Positions 38,475-49,688 of a DNA stretch of 64,000 nucleotides are shown here, in pieces. A model generated the notes under the pieces. It was not told where the DNA came from. It saw only the letters and a list, made by a program, of their open reading frames with translations, and ran no database searches. The DNA is from an uncultured Patescibacteria group bacterium (lineage in GTDB: Bacteria > Patescibacteriota > Microgenomatia > UBA10105 > UBA927): the NCBI GenBank assembly GCA_937921305.1, contig CAKZSU010000007.1:45330-109329 (forward strand), given 5' to 3'. The first letter of the stretch is position 1. Every line of letters begins with the position of its first letter. The position numbers were made by a program, and so were the translations under genes.

Positions 38475-39655
38475 TTGCTTTTGGATTATAAATGTATGGT
38501 GAAATATCTATCCTCATTCTTTCTCTTTCAAATCATTCTTTATACATGGATGATTTTGATGAGATATGCTGTTCCATTTCATGTTGAACATTTCAATAAC
38601 TTTCATAATAAACATTTTGAAACAGAACTGAGAGATAAAGTTCCTAAAAATTTCTTTAAAAATCTTGTTATATACGATGCGAAGTGGTATTTGTTTTTAT
38701 CGAGTCGCTTTTATGAAACTCCGACATCAGAAGATTTTGAAAACCCTCCATATAGCAGACGTGTCCTACAGTTCGCATTCTTCCCACTCTATCCATTAAC
38801 ATTGTCGATGTTTCACAACATATCTCCTTTTCAAAACATTGAAACATCGGCATTTATTGTTTCAATAATTCTTCAAATCGCGACATCAATAATTATGTTT
38901 TTATTTATAAAACGTATTGCAAATGAAAAAATTGCACTATATACATCGCTTCTTCTGTTCTTTGCTCCATTTAGCATTTTTTTCGTTCGTATTACACAGA
39001 GATTCTTTTTCTTTTCCTCCTTGTGTTATTTTGTTTCTTTGTTTTTAACAAGCAGTATATTATTGCTGCTTTTTTTCTTGGATTGCTTACTGTAACAAGA
39101 GGAACAGCAATACTTCTTCTATCTTTATTCAGCGTATATCTTTTGCTCGAATACAAAAAGAAACACATTCGATTAATATATCTATTTATCTCAATGGTGA
39201 TATCAATACTTCCAATTACTTTATGGATGGTTATATGTTACCAAAAAACAGGAAATCCGATATTTTTTATCTCAGTAAAACAATATTGGCTTCACACAAC
39301 ATTTCCACTTTTAAGAATTATTCATGCGTTTAGCATTTATCCATTTCTTCCTTTTCATACATTCCATGCATCAAAACTAGATGCCTTCATGATTGTGCTT
39401 ATTGGATTTCTTCTCTATAAAAGCAGAATGTCGATTCCGCGATTTCTTTGGTGGATTGGATTTTGTTTATGGATTACTCCGCTCCTAAGTCACGATACGA
39501 TGTCATTTTCTCGATATCAAAGCGTAAATTTCCCTATATTCCTTTATTTAGCATTGATTATGAAACGGAGTATGTTTCTTACTTCGTTTATTGCATCGTT
39601 TGCCTTGTTGGCAATTGTTTCTCTCTTATTCTTAAATTACCATTGGATGGGATAA
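38475..39655 (+). CDS. Membrane mannosyltransferase-like protein (PIG-V/DUF2029-like) encoded as two overlapping ORFs (38475..39095 and 39023..39655). A frameshift in a T-rich tract is likely, or it is a genuinely split gene.
   Basis: The N-terminal part has the motif YDAKWYLFLSSRFYE (compare PIG-V W.DA.WY..IA..GY). Both ORFs are polytopic and contiguous. Confidence 0.45.
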
Positions 39656-39658
39656 TAT

Positions 39659-39871
39659 ATGGAATACATTGGAAAACTTCTTCTTGTCGCAGGAATAACA
39701 CTATCCGTTGTCGGCGTCTTTTTCGTCCTTGGAGGAAAACTACCGTTTTTGGGAAAATTGCCAGGCGATATTGTGATTGAGAAAGAAGGTTTCTCATTGT
39801 ACGCGCCGATTACCACATCAATCATGATTAGCATTCTTCTTTCGATTCTTTTTTGGTTGTTTCGACGATAA
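39659..39871 (+). CDS. DUF2905-family small membrane protein
   Basis: GGKLPFLGKLPGDIVIEKEGFSLYAPITTSIMISILLSILFWL. Confidence 0.6.
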   Translation: MEYIGKLLLVAGITLSVVGVFFVLGGKLPFLGKLPGDIVIEKEGFSLYAPITTSIMISILLSILFWLFRR

Positions 39872-40975
39872 CCATGTATTGTACGCTTCTTCAACGAATG
39901 ATGAAAGCTCATTCTTAAATCGCTCTTTGGAAAATTCTTTCGCTCGTTTCCTGCACGCATTTTCCCAATCAACGGACATCCGCTCAAATTTCTGAATCGC
40001 TTGAACAAACGCGTCAACAGACAGATCGGGAACCAGCAATCCCGTAACCCCATCGATAACTGTCTCTTTCACCCCGCCGCTTGCAAATGCAATCACGGGA
40101 ACGCCATGCGCCATCGCCTCAACCGGCACCATGCCAAAATCCTCATCTATTGCGCAAAAAATCAACGCTTTCGCGCGCGCGTATATCTCGGGCAACATGT
40201 CGTCTGGAACGCTTCCAAGAAATGCAATAGTTGAACCCGCAATCCGCCGAAGCGACGCTTCCTCTTTCCCTGTCCCAACGATCTTTAATGGCAAAGATAA
40301 GTTATTACATGCTTGAATCACGATATCGACACGCTTCGCGTACGCCAAACGACCAACACAGAGGTAATACTCACGATCTTGCCAAGTCACTCTGTGCGAA
40401 TGAGGAGAAATGTGAATAGGCGGATAGATCACCATACTGTCTCTCCGATAAAACTTTTTGATTCTTCGAACGGTTTCTTGCGAATTCGCGATTAGATAAT
40501 CCACGCGTTGCGCTGTTTCATAATCGTATTGACGAAGAAAAAAATTCACAAAAAACGCGTACCAACGAACGATCGCATGGCGTTGAAAAGAGCTGCCAGT
40601 TGCATATCCGTACAAATTCCTTGGCGGATGATGGATATACGATATGTGAAGCGCGTTTCTCTTCCTTATCCCTCGACAGATAAACCAGCCGGAAGAAGAA
40701 AGAATAACATCAAAAGACGAGAAATCAAACGATTCCCATACATATCGAGCAAGAAATCGCAACGGCGAATGAAGTTTTCTTACAATAATATTTTGTTGTA
40801 TCCAACTTGTCCGAATATCCCACGAACGAAATCGATCCGCGTGTATCCCAAGACCATCCCAATCCACAAACGATGTATATACTGGTGCGCCAGGCCAGAT
40901 CTCGCGCATGCATTCAAGGACTCGCTCGGCTCCACCATACTCCCGAAGGTAATCGTGAACAAGCGCAATTCTCAT
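39818..40975 (-). CDS. Family 4 glycosyltransferase (GT-B fold)
   Basis: MRIALVHDYLREYGGAERV ... FASGGVKETVIDGVTGLLV (E-x7-E region). Confidence 0.75.
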   Translation of the reverse strand: MRIALVHDYLREYGGAERVLECMREIWPGAPVYTSFVDWDGLGIHADRFRSWDIRTSWIQQNIIVRKLHSPLRFLARYVWESFDFSSFDVILSSSGWFICRGIRKRNALHISYIHHPPRNLYGYATGSSFQRHAIVRWYAFFVNFFLRQYDYETAQRVDYLIANSQETVRRIKKFYRRDSMVIYPPIHISPHSHRVTWQDREYYLCVGRLAYAKRVDIVIQACNNLSLPLKIVGTGKEEASLRRIAGSTIAFLGSVPDDMLPEIYARAKALIFCAIDEDFGMVPVEAMAHGVPVIAFASGGVKETVIDGVTGLLVPDLSVDAFVQAIQKFERMSVDWENACRKRAKEFSKERFKNELSSFVEEAYNTWLSSKQPKKNRKKNANHD

Positions 40976-41511
40976 ATTGTGGATGATTTTCCATGAAGTA
41001 ATGCATCAAGATGCGCAATCGCGTCTTGCGGAGAATCAACAACAGCAAGTACCTCTTTCAAATCTTCTTTCAAAAATCCTTCGCGTTTCATTGTCTCATA
41101 TTGCGATAGTAATCCCTGATAAAATTTATTGGTATTGACAATAACAATTGGCTTGTTGTGATATCCAAGAATTTTTTGTTCAATAAGTTCCGACAACTCA
41201 TCAAGCGTTCCCGTCCCACCAACCAACGCAACAAACGCGTCTGCTTTTTCTCTCATCAACTTCTTTCGTTCATTTAAATCACTTGCGATAATCATTTCAT
41301 GCGCGCCTTTTCTTGCCACATCTTTTAATACTTCAACCGACACGCCACATAGCGTCCCTCCATTCGATTCAACGCTGTCCGCCAATGTTTTCATGAGACC
41401 AGTGTTCGATCCTCCCCACACTACCCCATATCCATAAGACGCGAGAAGTTTGCCAAACGACTCCGCAGCATCTTGATAGATAGTACCAACATCAAGCGCC
41501 GAACAAAACAC
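40972..41511 (-). CDS. LOG-family protein (TIGR00730 Rossmann-fold nucleotide-binding, cytokinin riboside 5'-monophosphate phosphoribohydrolase-like)
   Basis: VVWGGSNTGLMKTLAD and FVALVGGTGTLDELSE motifs. Confidence 0.7.
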   Translation of the reverse strand: MFCSALDVGTIYQDAAESFGKLLASYGYGVVWGGSNTGLMKTLADSVESNGGTLCGVSVEVLKDVARKGAHEMIIASDLNERKKLMREKADAFVALVGGTGTLDELSELIEQKILGYHNKPIVIVNTNKFYQGLLSQYETMKREGFLKEDLKEVLAVVDSPQDAIAHLDALLHGKSSTI

Positions 41512-41535
41512 GCAAATATATTTTATATTCCTCCT

Positions 41536-42495
41536 TCAAGGAAATAAATCTAATTGATTGCGATTTATCATGTGTGCATCGCCTTGTTCTTCTTGACTAT
41601 TCTTTACCGCGTCGAGTTTCATAATTCGCTTTACCAGCGAAACAAACCCTAATTTATAAAACAACTGAATCGCTTGATTCGCGTCAAAAGAAAATGACGA
41701 AATTTCTTCTTTTTTCAAATCAATTGGAGTGTCTGTTCGTATCATCGCAAGCGATTTTGCCAACAACGCGTGATCTTTTCCTTCGCGAAGCGCGCATTTT
41801 ATTTTATTAGATAATCGCGCTTCTTCCAAGTGCATGTAAATGGCCTCTAACGAACCATACTCATGAAGAAGAGATATCGCGGTTTTTGGTCCAATACCTG
41901 CAACACCTTTATAGTTATCAGACGAATCGCCACACAGCGCTTTAAAATCAACAACTTGACTCGGACGAACACCAAGACGATGCGCAACATCATCTTCTCC
42001 ATACAATTTCCCTTCTGACAATCCTTTTATAGGCATGTAGACATACACATCATGATCGCGAACCAATTGCAAAATATCTCTATCTCCTGTAACAATGATA
42101 ATCTGATCAATTCCATACTGTTTCTTCTGTTTAGACACTATTCGAACGATCGTCCCAATCACATCGTCGGCTTCATACCCAACAGCATCTCGCAAAGGAA
42201 TGCGAAACGCTGATAACACATCTTTCACAAGAAGAATTTGTCGGACAAAGTCTTCATCTGCTTTTGGACGCTGAGCTTGATACTCAGCGTAAAGATGATT
42301 GCGAAATGTCGGTTCGGGACGATCAAATGCGGCAACAATACCCACAGGATGAAACTCTGAGAAAAGTTTCAAAAACATAGAGAGAAATCCATACACCGCA
42401 CCAACCGGCAATCCCTCGGGGCTTGTCAACGGGGGAAGCGCATGATAAGAGCGATAAAGAAGCGCGTGAGTATCCAAGATAAGAAGTCTATTCAT
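41536..42495 (-). CDS. Stand-alone 5'-3' exonuclease (FEN/Pol I 5'-nuclease family)
   Basis: LLILDTHALLYRSYHAL, YEADDVIG, KALCGDSSDNYKGVAGIGPKTA (H3TH). Confidence 0.8.
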   Translation of the reverse strand: MNRLLILDTHALLYRSYHALPPLTSPEGLPVGAVYGFLSMFLKLFSEFHPVGIVAAFDRPEPTFRNHLYAEYQAQRPKADEDFVRQILLVKDVLSAFRIPLRDAVGYEADDVIGTIVRIVSKQKKQYGIDQIIIVTGDRDILQLVRDHDVYVYMPIKGLSEGKLYGEDDVAHRLGVRPSQVVDFKALCGDSSDNYKGVAGIGPKTAISLLHEYGSLEAIYMHLEEARLSNKIKCALREGKDHALLAKSLAMIRTDTPIDLKKEEISSFSFDANQAIQLFYKLGFVSLVKRIMKLDAVKNSQEEQGDAHMINRNQLDLFP

Positions 42496-42518
42496 AGCAA
42501 TATTTTATGCGCGCAGCA

Positions 42519-44393
42519 TTACACTCGTTTCTTCGGACCGCCAAGAAGCTGTTCAAACTCTTCAGCTTCTATGGTTTCGTGATCAATGAGCGCTTCGGCG
42601 ATCGCATCGAGCTGTGTTCTATGTTTTTTGAGAATACCTTCCGCAAGTTCGTATCCTTCGTGAATAATACGCTGAATTTCTTTGTCAATTTCGGCCTGCA
42701 TCGCCGGAGAGATATGATTATGTTCCATTAGACTTTTTCCCCACTCTGTCACATCTTGATTCGGTCCGTAATTCACTGGACCAAGTTTGCTCATACCAAA
42801 TTCCATCACCATATATCGGGCAACTCTTGTCGCTTGGCCTATGTCATTTGCCGCACCGCTAGTTAGTTCATTAAAAATAACCTGCTCCGCTGCTCTTCCA
42901 CCCATCATCACCGCGATTTCTTCAATAAGCTGAGATCGCGTTTCGTGCAACCTATCTTTCTCTGGAGGCGTTAACGTGTACCCAAGTGCCATTCCTCGAG
43001 ACACAATGCTAATCCTATGGACCGGATCGGTATGCGGCGTATAGTAATTGACCAATGCATGTCCCGCTTCATGATACGCGGTCATTTTCCGATCAAGATC
43101 GCTTTGCAATCGTTTTTTCTCTGGCCCGAGCTTTACTTTCATCGCCGCTTCTTCAATATCTTTGCTGTCAATTTCCTTTTTCCCTTGTCTCGCGGCGAAA
43201 ATCGCAGCTTCGTTTAACATGTTTTCCAAATCCGCTCCCGAGAACCCAACCGTTCGCTTCGCAACTCTATCCCAATCAACGGATGACGCAAATGGTTTTC
43301 CTTTCGCGTGGATTTGTAGAATAGCTTTTCTCCCCTCAATATCCGGAAGATCCAAAACCACCCGTCGATCAAATCTCCCCGGTCGCGTCAACGCTGGATC
43401 AAGCAAATCTCCTCTATTCGTCGCGGCAACCACCATGACCGCAGTGTTTGGTTCAAACCCATCCATTTCCACAAGAATTTGATTTAATGTTTGCTCTCGC
43501 TCGTCATGACCACCGACAATCCCCATGCTTCTCATTCGCCCTATGGCATCAATTTCATCAATGAAAATAATCGATGGCGCGTTTTTCTTCGCGTTTGCGA
43601 AGAGATCGCGAACACGCGCCGCGCCAACGCCAACCAACATTTCCATAAATTCCGATCCGGCAATACTATAAAACGGTACCCTTGCTTCTCCTGCCATGGC
43701 TTTCGCAAGAAGCGTTTTTCCTGTTCCGCTTGGACCGACAAGAATGACACCTTTTGGCGTTCGAGCGCCAAGAGTTTTATACTTTGCCGGATTCTTAAGA
43801 AAATCCACAATCTCTTCTAGCTCTTTCTTCGCTTCGTCAACGCCTGCAACATCGGCAAACGTCACTTTTGGAAGGTCTTTATTCCAGACTCGAGCTTTAC
43901 TTTGCCCAAAAGAAAAAATACTATCCTGCGCTCCGCGCGCCTGGCGAAACAAAAAAAGGAAGAACGCGACAGTCAATACAAGCGGAAGGACATTCGTAAG
44001 CAATCCTATCCACAACTGCCCCATACTTAAGTCTCTAACAGTAATTTCTACAGACTTTAGATCAATGCCTACGGATTCAAAAATTTTTATCAATGAATCA
44101 CCCGCTTCTTTTCGTGAAATATACCGTTCTCCACCTTTTGTTTCGACAAGCAATCGGGTTTCTTCGACTCGTATTTTTGCAATGTTTCCATCTTTCACCT
44201 CTTGAAGCACAGTGGACAACGGCTTCTCCGCAAGAAATGCGGCGTCTCGCGACATATTTCCTAAAAAAGAAAAAAGAATAAGCAATATAAAGAGGAGAAT
44301 AAAGATATTTTTTAGGTTAAATTCAAACTTAAATTCCCAAAATCTCTCTGACTTTTTGCCGTTTTTCATTATTTTTTTCACTTTTTCCGCCAT
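42519..44393 (-). CDS. ftsH: ATP-dependent zinc metalloprotease FtsH
   Basis: AAA Walker [14 protein letters not shown], second region of homology, protease HEAGHAL motif, N-terminal transmembrane helices. Confidence 0.95.
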   Translation of the reverse strand: MAEKVKKIMKNGKKSERFWEFKFEFNLKNIFILLFILLILFSFLGNMSRDAAFLAEKPLSTVLQEVKDGNIAKIRVEETRLLVETKGGERYISRKEAGDSLIKIFESVGIDLKSVEITVRDLSMGQLWIGLLTNVLPLVLTVAFFLFLFRQARGAQDSIFSFGQSKARVWNKDLPKVTFADVAGVDEAKKELEEIVDFLKNPAKYKTLGARTPKGVILVGPSGTGKTLLAKAMAGEARVPFYSIAGSEFMEMLVGVGAARVRDLFANAKKNAPSIIFIDEIDAIGRMRSMGIVGGHDEREQTLNQILVEMDGFEPNTAVMVVAATNRGDLLDPALTRPGRFDRRVVLDLPDIEGRKAILQIHAKGKPFASSVDWDRVAKRTVGFSGADLENMLNEAAIFAARQGKKEIDSKDIEEAAMKVKLGPEKKRLQSDLDRKMTAYHEAGHALVNYYTPHTDPVHRISIVSRGMALGYTLTPPEKDRLHETRSQLIEEIAVMMGGRAAEQVIFNELTSGAANDIGQATRVARYMVMEFGMSKLGPVNYGPNQDVTEWGKSLMEHNHISPAMQAEIDKEIQRIIHEGYELAEGILKKHRTQLDAIAEALIDHETIEAEEFEQLLGGPKKRV

Positions 44394-44462
44394 AACACAT
44401 CCTCAAAAGGGAAAATAATTGTATGAATACTGAGTATATCACGAAGAAAACACGAGATAAAG

Positions 44463-45809
44463 CTAGCGAATAAACGCGCCAAGCGGAAATCCTTCTGCGG
44501 ACAAAAATTTCGGCTTGTTGTCCTCCGCTTCAACAGCAAGAATCATGCCATTTGATTCTTCACCCATCATCTTTTTGGGAAGAAGATTTACCACAAAGAA
44601 AAATTGTTTCCCTACAAAATCGTCTTTTGTATATCCATACTGACGAACAGCGGTAAAGACAACTCGCTCTTCATCGCCAAAATCCACTGTAAGACGGATG
44701 AGTCGATCGCTTTTTTCTGGATAATTTGCATCAATAACCTTTCCCACTTGTTGTTTCACATGGAGAAAATCATCAATCGTAATATATTCATCGCACGATT
44801 GCTTCGTTGTGCTATAGACTGTCTTTAGACCAATCGCGTGTCGAACTTCCTCTATTGTTTGATTTGCAATCTCTCTTGCTTTCGCCGTTCCGCGCTCCAG
44901 TATTCGCCGAACCTCATCGGGACGATGCTTTAATGTTTCATATCGTTTTCGTGGAGCGTCGAAATGTCGGAAAATCGATTGATATAAATATTCCTTCGCT
45001 TCGATATCACCCATCCGTCCCTCTTTATATCGCTCCTCCATTCTGTTTACCTCGTCTGGTTCGCCAAAAAATCGTAAATAATAAAAGACCATATTGCCTT
45101 CAATATGTCCGGGATCATTGACATGTCGCTTTGATGGATCGGTAAAACAAGAAAACACTTGTTTGCGAATAACATCCTCTCGCTCAAATATCGCGATGAT
45201 GTTGCCGAGCGATTTACTCATTTTTCGCTTTCCGTCTGTTCCCGGGATCACCGCAGTATCTTCCGAGATATATGGTTCTGGCAAAGGAAATATTGCTCGG
45301 TATCGCCTATTGAATCGCTCTGCGATGTCCCGCGCGATTTCTACATGTTGCTTTTGATCTTTTCCAACGGGAACAATATCTGGTTTATATAAAAGAATGT
45401 CACTCGCCATCAACACCGGGTAGGTAAACAATCCCACATTGATTTCGTCATCGCTTGCGTCTTTTGAAAGCTTGTCTTTGTACGCGTGAGCGCGCTTGAG
45501 AACACCTAGTGGGGTTAACGTGTTAAATATCCATGTAAGCTCAGTGTGCACTGCGATATCTGATTGACGGAAAAAATACACATGCGGCATATCACCAATC
45601 AGCGCAAGCTCATTTAGGATTAATTCTTCTATATTTTTTTGAAGCGTTTGCTTGTCATGAACAGTCGTCAACGCATGAAAATCCGCAAACATGAATAAAC
45701 ATTCATGCGTCTTTGCAAGCGAAATAAACTGCTTTACCGCACCCAAATAATTTCCAATGTGAAGACTCCCATCTCCGCTTGGTGTGATTCCAGAAAGAAG
45801 TCGTTTCAT
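44463..45809 (-). CDS. trpS: Tryptophanyl-tRNA synthetase with a C-terminal EMAP-II/Myf-like tRNA-binding OB-fold domain
   Basis: LSGITPSGDGSLHIGNYLGA (HIGH-like) and KMSKS (GKRKMSKSLGN). The C-terminal block of about 110 aa, ...GKVIDANYPEKSDRLIRLTVDFGDEERVVFTAVRQY...ESNGMILAVE, is Myf-like. Confidence 0.85.
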   Translation of the reverse strand: MKRLLSGITPSGDGSLHIGNYLGAVKQFISLAKTHECLFMFADFHALTTVHDKQTLQKNIEELILNELALIGDMPHVYFFRQSDIAVHTELTWIFNTLTPLGVLKRAHAYKDKLSKDASDDEINVGLFTYPVLMASDILLYKPDIVPVGKDQKQHVEIARDIAERFNRRYRAIFPLPEPYISEDTAVIPGTDGKRKMSKSLGNIIAIFEREDVIRKQVFSCFTDPSKRHVNDPGHIEGNMVFYYLRFFGEPDEVNRMEERYKEGRMGDIEAKEYLYQSIFRHFDAPRKRYETLKHRPDEVRRILERGTAKAREIANQTIEEVRHAIGLKTVYSTTKQSCDEYITIDDFLHVKQQVGKVIDANYPEKSDRLIRLTVDFGDEERVVFTAVRQYGYTKDDFVGKQFFFVVNLLPKKMMGEESNGMILAVEAEDNKPKFLSAEGFPLGAFIR

Positions 45810-46826
45810 ACAATTTTTATCAATTTTACCTCTGTTTTTAACTTTTATTCCTACTTCTCTATCTTTGCTTCCGCACTATTAATTTACTTCTTAAGTTTAT
45901 ATTTAAAATTGCATACTCGAACAGTTTCTGCGTTTTTAATTGATTTGACTTTCTCTATATTATCATTGCTAATGATTTTTTTCAGCATTCTTCATCAAAC
46001 TTACACGATCTGAAAACCATGGTTTCTTTCTATCAGTTGATGCAAACCCACATACTTGCTTCTTTTGATATCAGGTGCATTGTCTAATATTTTGTTCATT
46101 ATACTCAGCTAAACAAGCACATTGGTGTTCTTCGTTCTCATTTGAAGACAAAAGAACTTAAAAAGCTGTTTTAACTACTAATACTAGATACCCTTGGGAA
46201 AACAAACAATAAACAATAAAAAGAGGCAACAAGGATAGGAGAATAAAGGTTTTAGAGGAATTCTAAAAGCTTAATTCGCTCACAAAGCACACAGTGTAAA
46301 TACAGTTTGTCTCGTAATACTCATTGATATTCATGATAGACGATAAATTCATTTACCATTTGTCTAAAGCTCAATAGATGAAGGGCGGTTGAATAGAGTA
46401 GTCTGACCGATACAATGACTCGCATATGCGGGCATACAACCAAGAAGAAACTGGACGATATGGGCATTTCCCATTATTTTTCAGATCTCTATTCTCCCCA
46501 ACAGAATGGAAGAGAGGAAGGGTTCCACCAAGCATGAATACATGAATGATTAAAACGATCTGTTGCCCGATCTGACAATAATCACTCCAATGGTGCGCTG
46601 TATTGAATGAACAATACAATAACTAAAAGGTTTCATCAATGTATTAGTTACAAAATGCCGGAGAAATACGGCGCTCTGTACCAACAACTAGGAGATCAAC
46701 CATTCTCTATCTCTAGAGGATGAAAACAAGGCTGTTGACTTACATCACTTATTAGTTTATCATTTAAGAAGTAAGAAGTGCAAAATGAAAACAATTAAAG
46801 TATTCTAAAAAATAGGAGGAAAGCAT

Positions 46827-47192
46827 ATGAATATTATTCAAAAAATATTAGCACAAAATCAACAAACACAACTTAATAAGGGATCGACGATAATAGGTAT
46901 AAATCAACCAGAAAATTTTAAAGTTTCTGATGTTGGAACAGCAATAAAAAATGTTATAAATGCCTCGCTTGTCATAGCAGCTTTAGTTGCTTTTATTTAT
47001 CTCATTTTGGGGGGAATTCAATGGATAACATCTGGAGGAGACAAATCAGCAATGGAATCGGCAAGGAACAAAATTACCCAAGCCATAGTTGGACTTATCA
47101 TCGTTGCGGCGGCATACGCAGTAATGAATCTTGTGTCTTCATTCTTAGGTCTGAACATCACTAACTTAGATATAGGAAATATTTATAAATAA
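46827..47192 (+). CDS. T4SS pilin-like protein, close paralog of 22889..23296 and 23335..23706
   Basis: FIYLILGGIQWITSGGDKSAMESARNKITQAIVGLIIVAAAYAVM. There is a strong RBS, AGGAGG. Confidence 0.65.
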   Translation: MNIIQKILAQNQQTQLNKGSTIIGINQPENFKVSDVGTAIKNVINASLVIAALVAFIYLILGGIQWITSGGDKSAMESARNKITQAIVGLIIVAAAYAVMNLVSSFLGLNITNLDIGNIYK

Positions 47193-47414
47193 ATCATCAT
47201 AAGTAAAGATAACAAAAAAAAATTTTAAATTATAAGTATAAGTTGCAACGATTTATAACAAAATAGACTATTTGCAATTAAAATCATCTAGATGTACATA
47301 GTTAATAGTTCAAGCTCATTAATTATAGAGAGTGAAGGATAACTAATTTATGGATTTTTCCATATCTCATATTCGATTGTAATGAAAGTGTGATTTTTCC
47401 CAGATTTTGTTTTA

Positions 47415-47445
47415 CTAATCTCTTTAAAAATCTAATCTCTTTAAA
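47415..47445. promoter_or_regulatory. 14-nt direct repeat (ctaatctctttaaa, two copies) immediately upstream of the second locus-B pilin gene
   Basis: Seen directly in the sequence at 47415-47428 and 47432-47445. Confidence 0.4.
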
Positions 47446-47455
47446 GATAAATAAA

Positions 47456-47878
47456 ATGAGAACAAGATTGTTCATAACATTTCTTTTTGTCACTATTCTT
47501 TTTTTCATAGAAACAAAAACTAAAGCGTATGCCAACTCAACCTGGGAAAATTGCTTATATGATGGTGCCGCAACGATTCAATGCTTTGTTCCCCTTTTTG
47601 GAAGCATTGTTACAGCAATCGTCCAAATCGCCGGCGTTGCACTATTTATTATGTTTATAATATCTGGATATAACTTTTTAATGTCAGGAGGAAATCCAAA
47701 ACAACTGGAACAAGCAAAAAATACATTAACTTATGCTATAATAGGAGTTGTTGTTATTGTAAGCGCATACCTTATTTTGCTTATCATAGGACAATTTACT
47801 GGTGTAGATGTGACACGATTTGAAATACCAGACAGACTAAATGATTCCTCAAGGACACAAACCAACAAAGTAATCTAA
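47456..47878 (+). CDS. T4SS pilin-like protein with signal peptide. The ORF track starts it at 47390.
   Basis: VQIAGVALFIMFIISGYNFLMSGGNPKQLEQAKNTLTYAIIGVVVIVSAYLILL. Confidence 0.6.
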   Translation: MRTRLFITFLFVTILFFIETKTKAYANSTWENCLYDGAATIQCFVPLFGSIVTAIVQIAGVALFIMFIISGYNFLMSGGNPKQLEQAKNTLTYAIIGVVVIVSAYLILLIIGQFTGVDVTRFEIPDRLNDSSRTQTNKVI

Positions 47879-47885
47879 GTAATCC

Positions 47886-49499
47886 ATGTATTGTTTTATG
47901 AAACAATCAATGAATTATTCAAAAGAAAAGAAAGGATATAAAAAAACAATCATCTGTGGTTTTCTTTCACTTGTTAACCCCACATGTATAAGCGAAGTAA
48001 TGGAGTATCTTTTCAAGAAGACATCGTCATTAAAATTCACTTTTCTACTTACCCTACTTGCACTAACCATCTTTGTATTGGCAAGACAACATGTTGTTTA
48101 TGGTTGGGCATTTATCACGACAAAAGACTATACAGAAAACATGAAACAAACGATAAACGGACAAATTAATGGAGAAGGGTCGGGAACATTCTTTCCTCTT
48201 GTCCAAATCGCGGCGATAAATTGCGCTATGACATCATTCGAAAAAGATGGGAAGAATGGAAGCGGATATTGTCCAGAAAATTTAAAAAGTTTGGGGTTAA
48301 TTCCTAGCATCGCAAGGATTAATGATTCTTTTTATCACGCGCCGCCAGCAAATTTAGCGCTATGGATCAAAGACACCGCAACAACGCTAGGATTGATACC
48401 AAAATCAGCGTACGCGCAACAAGGCATTGGATTTAGCGGAATGCAACCACTTCTTGATATCTGGAAAGCGTTTCGAAATCTTGCGTATGCTTTATTATCG
48501 TTGGCTATTGTCGTTGTCGGTTTTATGATTATGTTTAGAAAAAAAATTGACCCACAGACCGTCGCATCGATACAAGAAGCTCTTCCAAGAATTATTATAG
48601 CGCTCATTCTAATAACATTCTCGTACGCGATTGTGGGGTTGTTTATAGACTTAATGTATGTAATCATATTTGTTATTTATCAAATATTCACCGCGTCTGG
48701 GATTATCAGCATGGAAACAATAAGCAAACTCCAGAGTATTCGAATAAGCATTTTTGGCATCCCTATTTCCACACAAGGAAGACCACTTCAGCAAGTTATC
48801 CTTAATGGCGACATAAGAGAAGTGTTTGCCACAGTATTTCCAGCGGGAATGAATGATTTATTTACAATTGGATCGCAAATCCTTAATGATGGACAAAATC
48901 CTATCAATGCAATTATTTTCGGAACAATTGGAGGATTGTTGCTTGGAGTGATTCTCAATATTCTTCTTTTAATACTTATGATTAGACTCTTTGTTATGTT
49001 TTTAGCCGCTTATCTCCAGATCGTCTTTCAGCTTATCTTTGGGCCATTATATATTCTTTCAGATGTTCTACCAGGGAGTAACAACACAAGCACGTGGATT
49101 AAAAACCTTATCGCAAACTTATCTGTCTATGTCGTATCAGCAACAGTATTCCTTCTCGCAATCGCATTTCATTCGCGAACAGGGTACTTTTCTGGACAAA
49201 TTTATGAATATAACTCAACATATGGGAAAGAATTATGGATTCCTCCATATACGAGTATAATGCCAACATTTAGCAGCGTGAGCGCGCTATTCACTATTGG
49301 GGTTCTCTTCCTTCTTCCAAGCATTGTAAAACAATTTAAAGAGGGAATTAAATCCACTGGGGGAATGAACCCCGCATCGGGAATTGGAGGAGGACTGTCT
49401 TTAGCCTACAATTCTGCTCTTCAAATTGGTCTTGTGGCAGCCAACTTCTTTAGAAGAGGAGAAAGAGGCGCTGGCAGAGGCGGTGGCGAACAACACTAA
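47886..49499 (+). CDS. Polytopic inner-membrane protein, VirB6/TrbL-like T4SS channel component
   Basis: 537 aa with at least eight transmembrane helices and a Gly-rich C-terminal tail. It sits immediately downstream of the pilin genes. Confidence 0.5.
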   Translation: MYCFMKQSMNYSKEKKGYKKTIICGFLSLVNPTCISEVMEYLFKKTSSLKFTFLLTLLALTIFVLARQHVVYGWAFITTKDYTENMKQTINGQINGEGSGTFFPLVQIAAINCAMTSFEKDGKNGSGYCPENLKSLGLIPSIARINDSFYHAPPANLALWIKDTATTLGLIPKSAYAQQGIGFSGMQPLLDIWKAFRNLAYALLSLAIVVVGFMIMFRKKIDPQTVASIQEALPRIIIALILITFSYAIVGLFIDLMYVIIFVIYQIFTASGIISMETISKLQSIRISIFGIPISTQGRPLQQVILNGDIREVFATVFPAGMNDLFTIGSQILNDGQNPINAIIFGTIGGLLLGVILNILLLILMIRLFVMFLAAYLQIVFQLIFGPLYILSDVLPGSNNTSTWIKNLIANLSVYVVSATVFLLAIAFHSRTGYFSGQIYEYNSTYGKELWIPPYTSIMPTFSSVSALFTIGVLFLLPSIVKQFKEGIKSTGGMNPASGIGGGLSLAYNSALQIGLVAANFFRRGERGAGRGGGEQH

Positions 49500-49688
49500 A
49501 AACAACAAACCGATCTATGGGATAAATTAAGAAGCATAAAAAATTTCCAAGAAAGAAAAAGATCAAAGATAGTGTTGGTTACAAAATTAATACCAGCACA
49601 AAACAATTTGTTATCAACCCCGCTCTACGCTATATTACTAAAAGTAAAATAAAAAGATCAAACCTAAGTCATTAACCTGTTTCATCAA

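Noticed and set aside
43017-44418. Multiple plus-strand ORFs (43017..43217, 43055..43324, 43162..43482, 43491..43820, 43696..44205 and others)
   Set aside because: All lie antisense within ftsH, which has unambiguous motifs.
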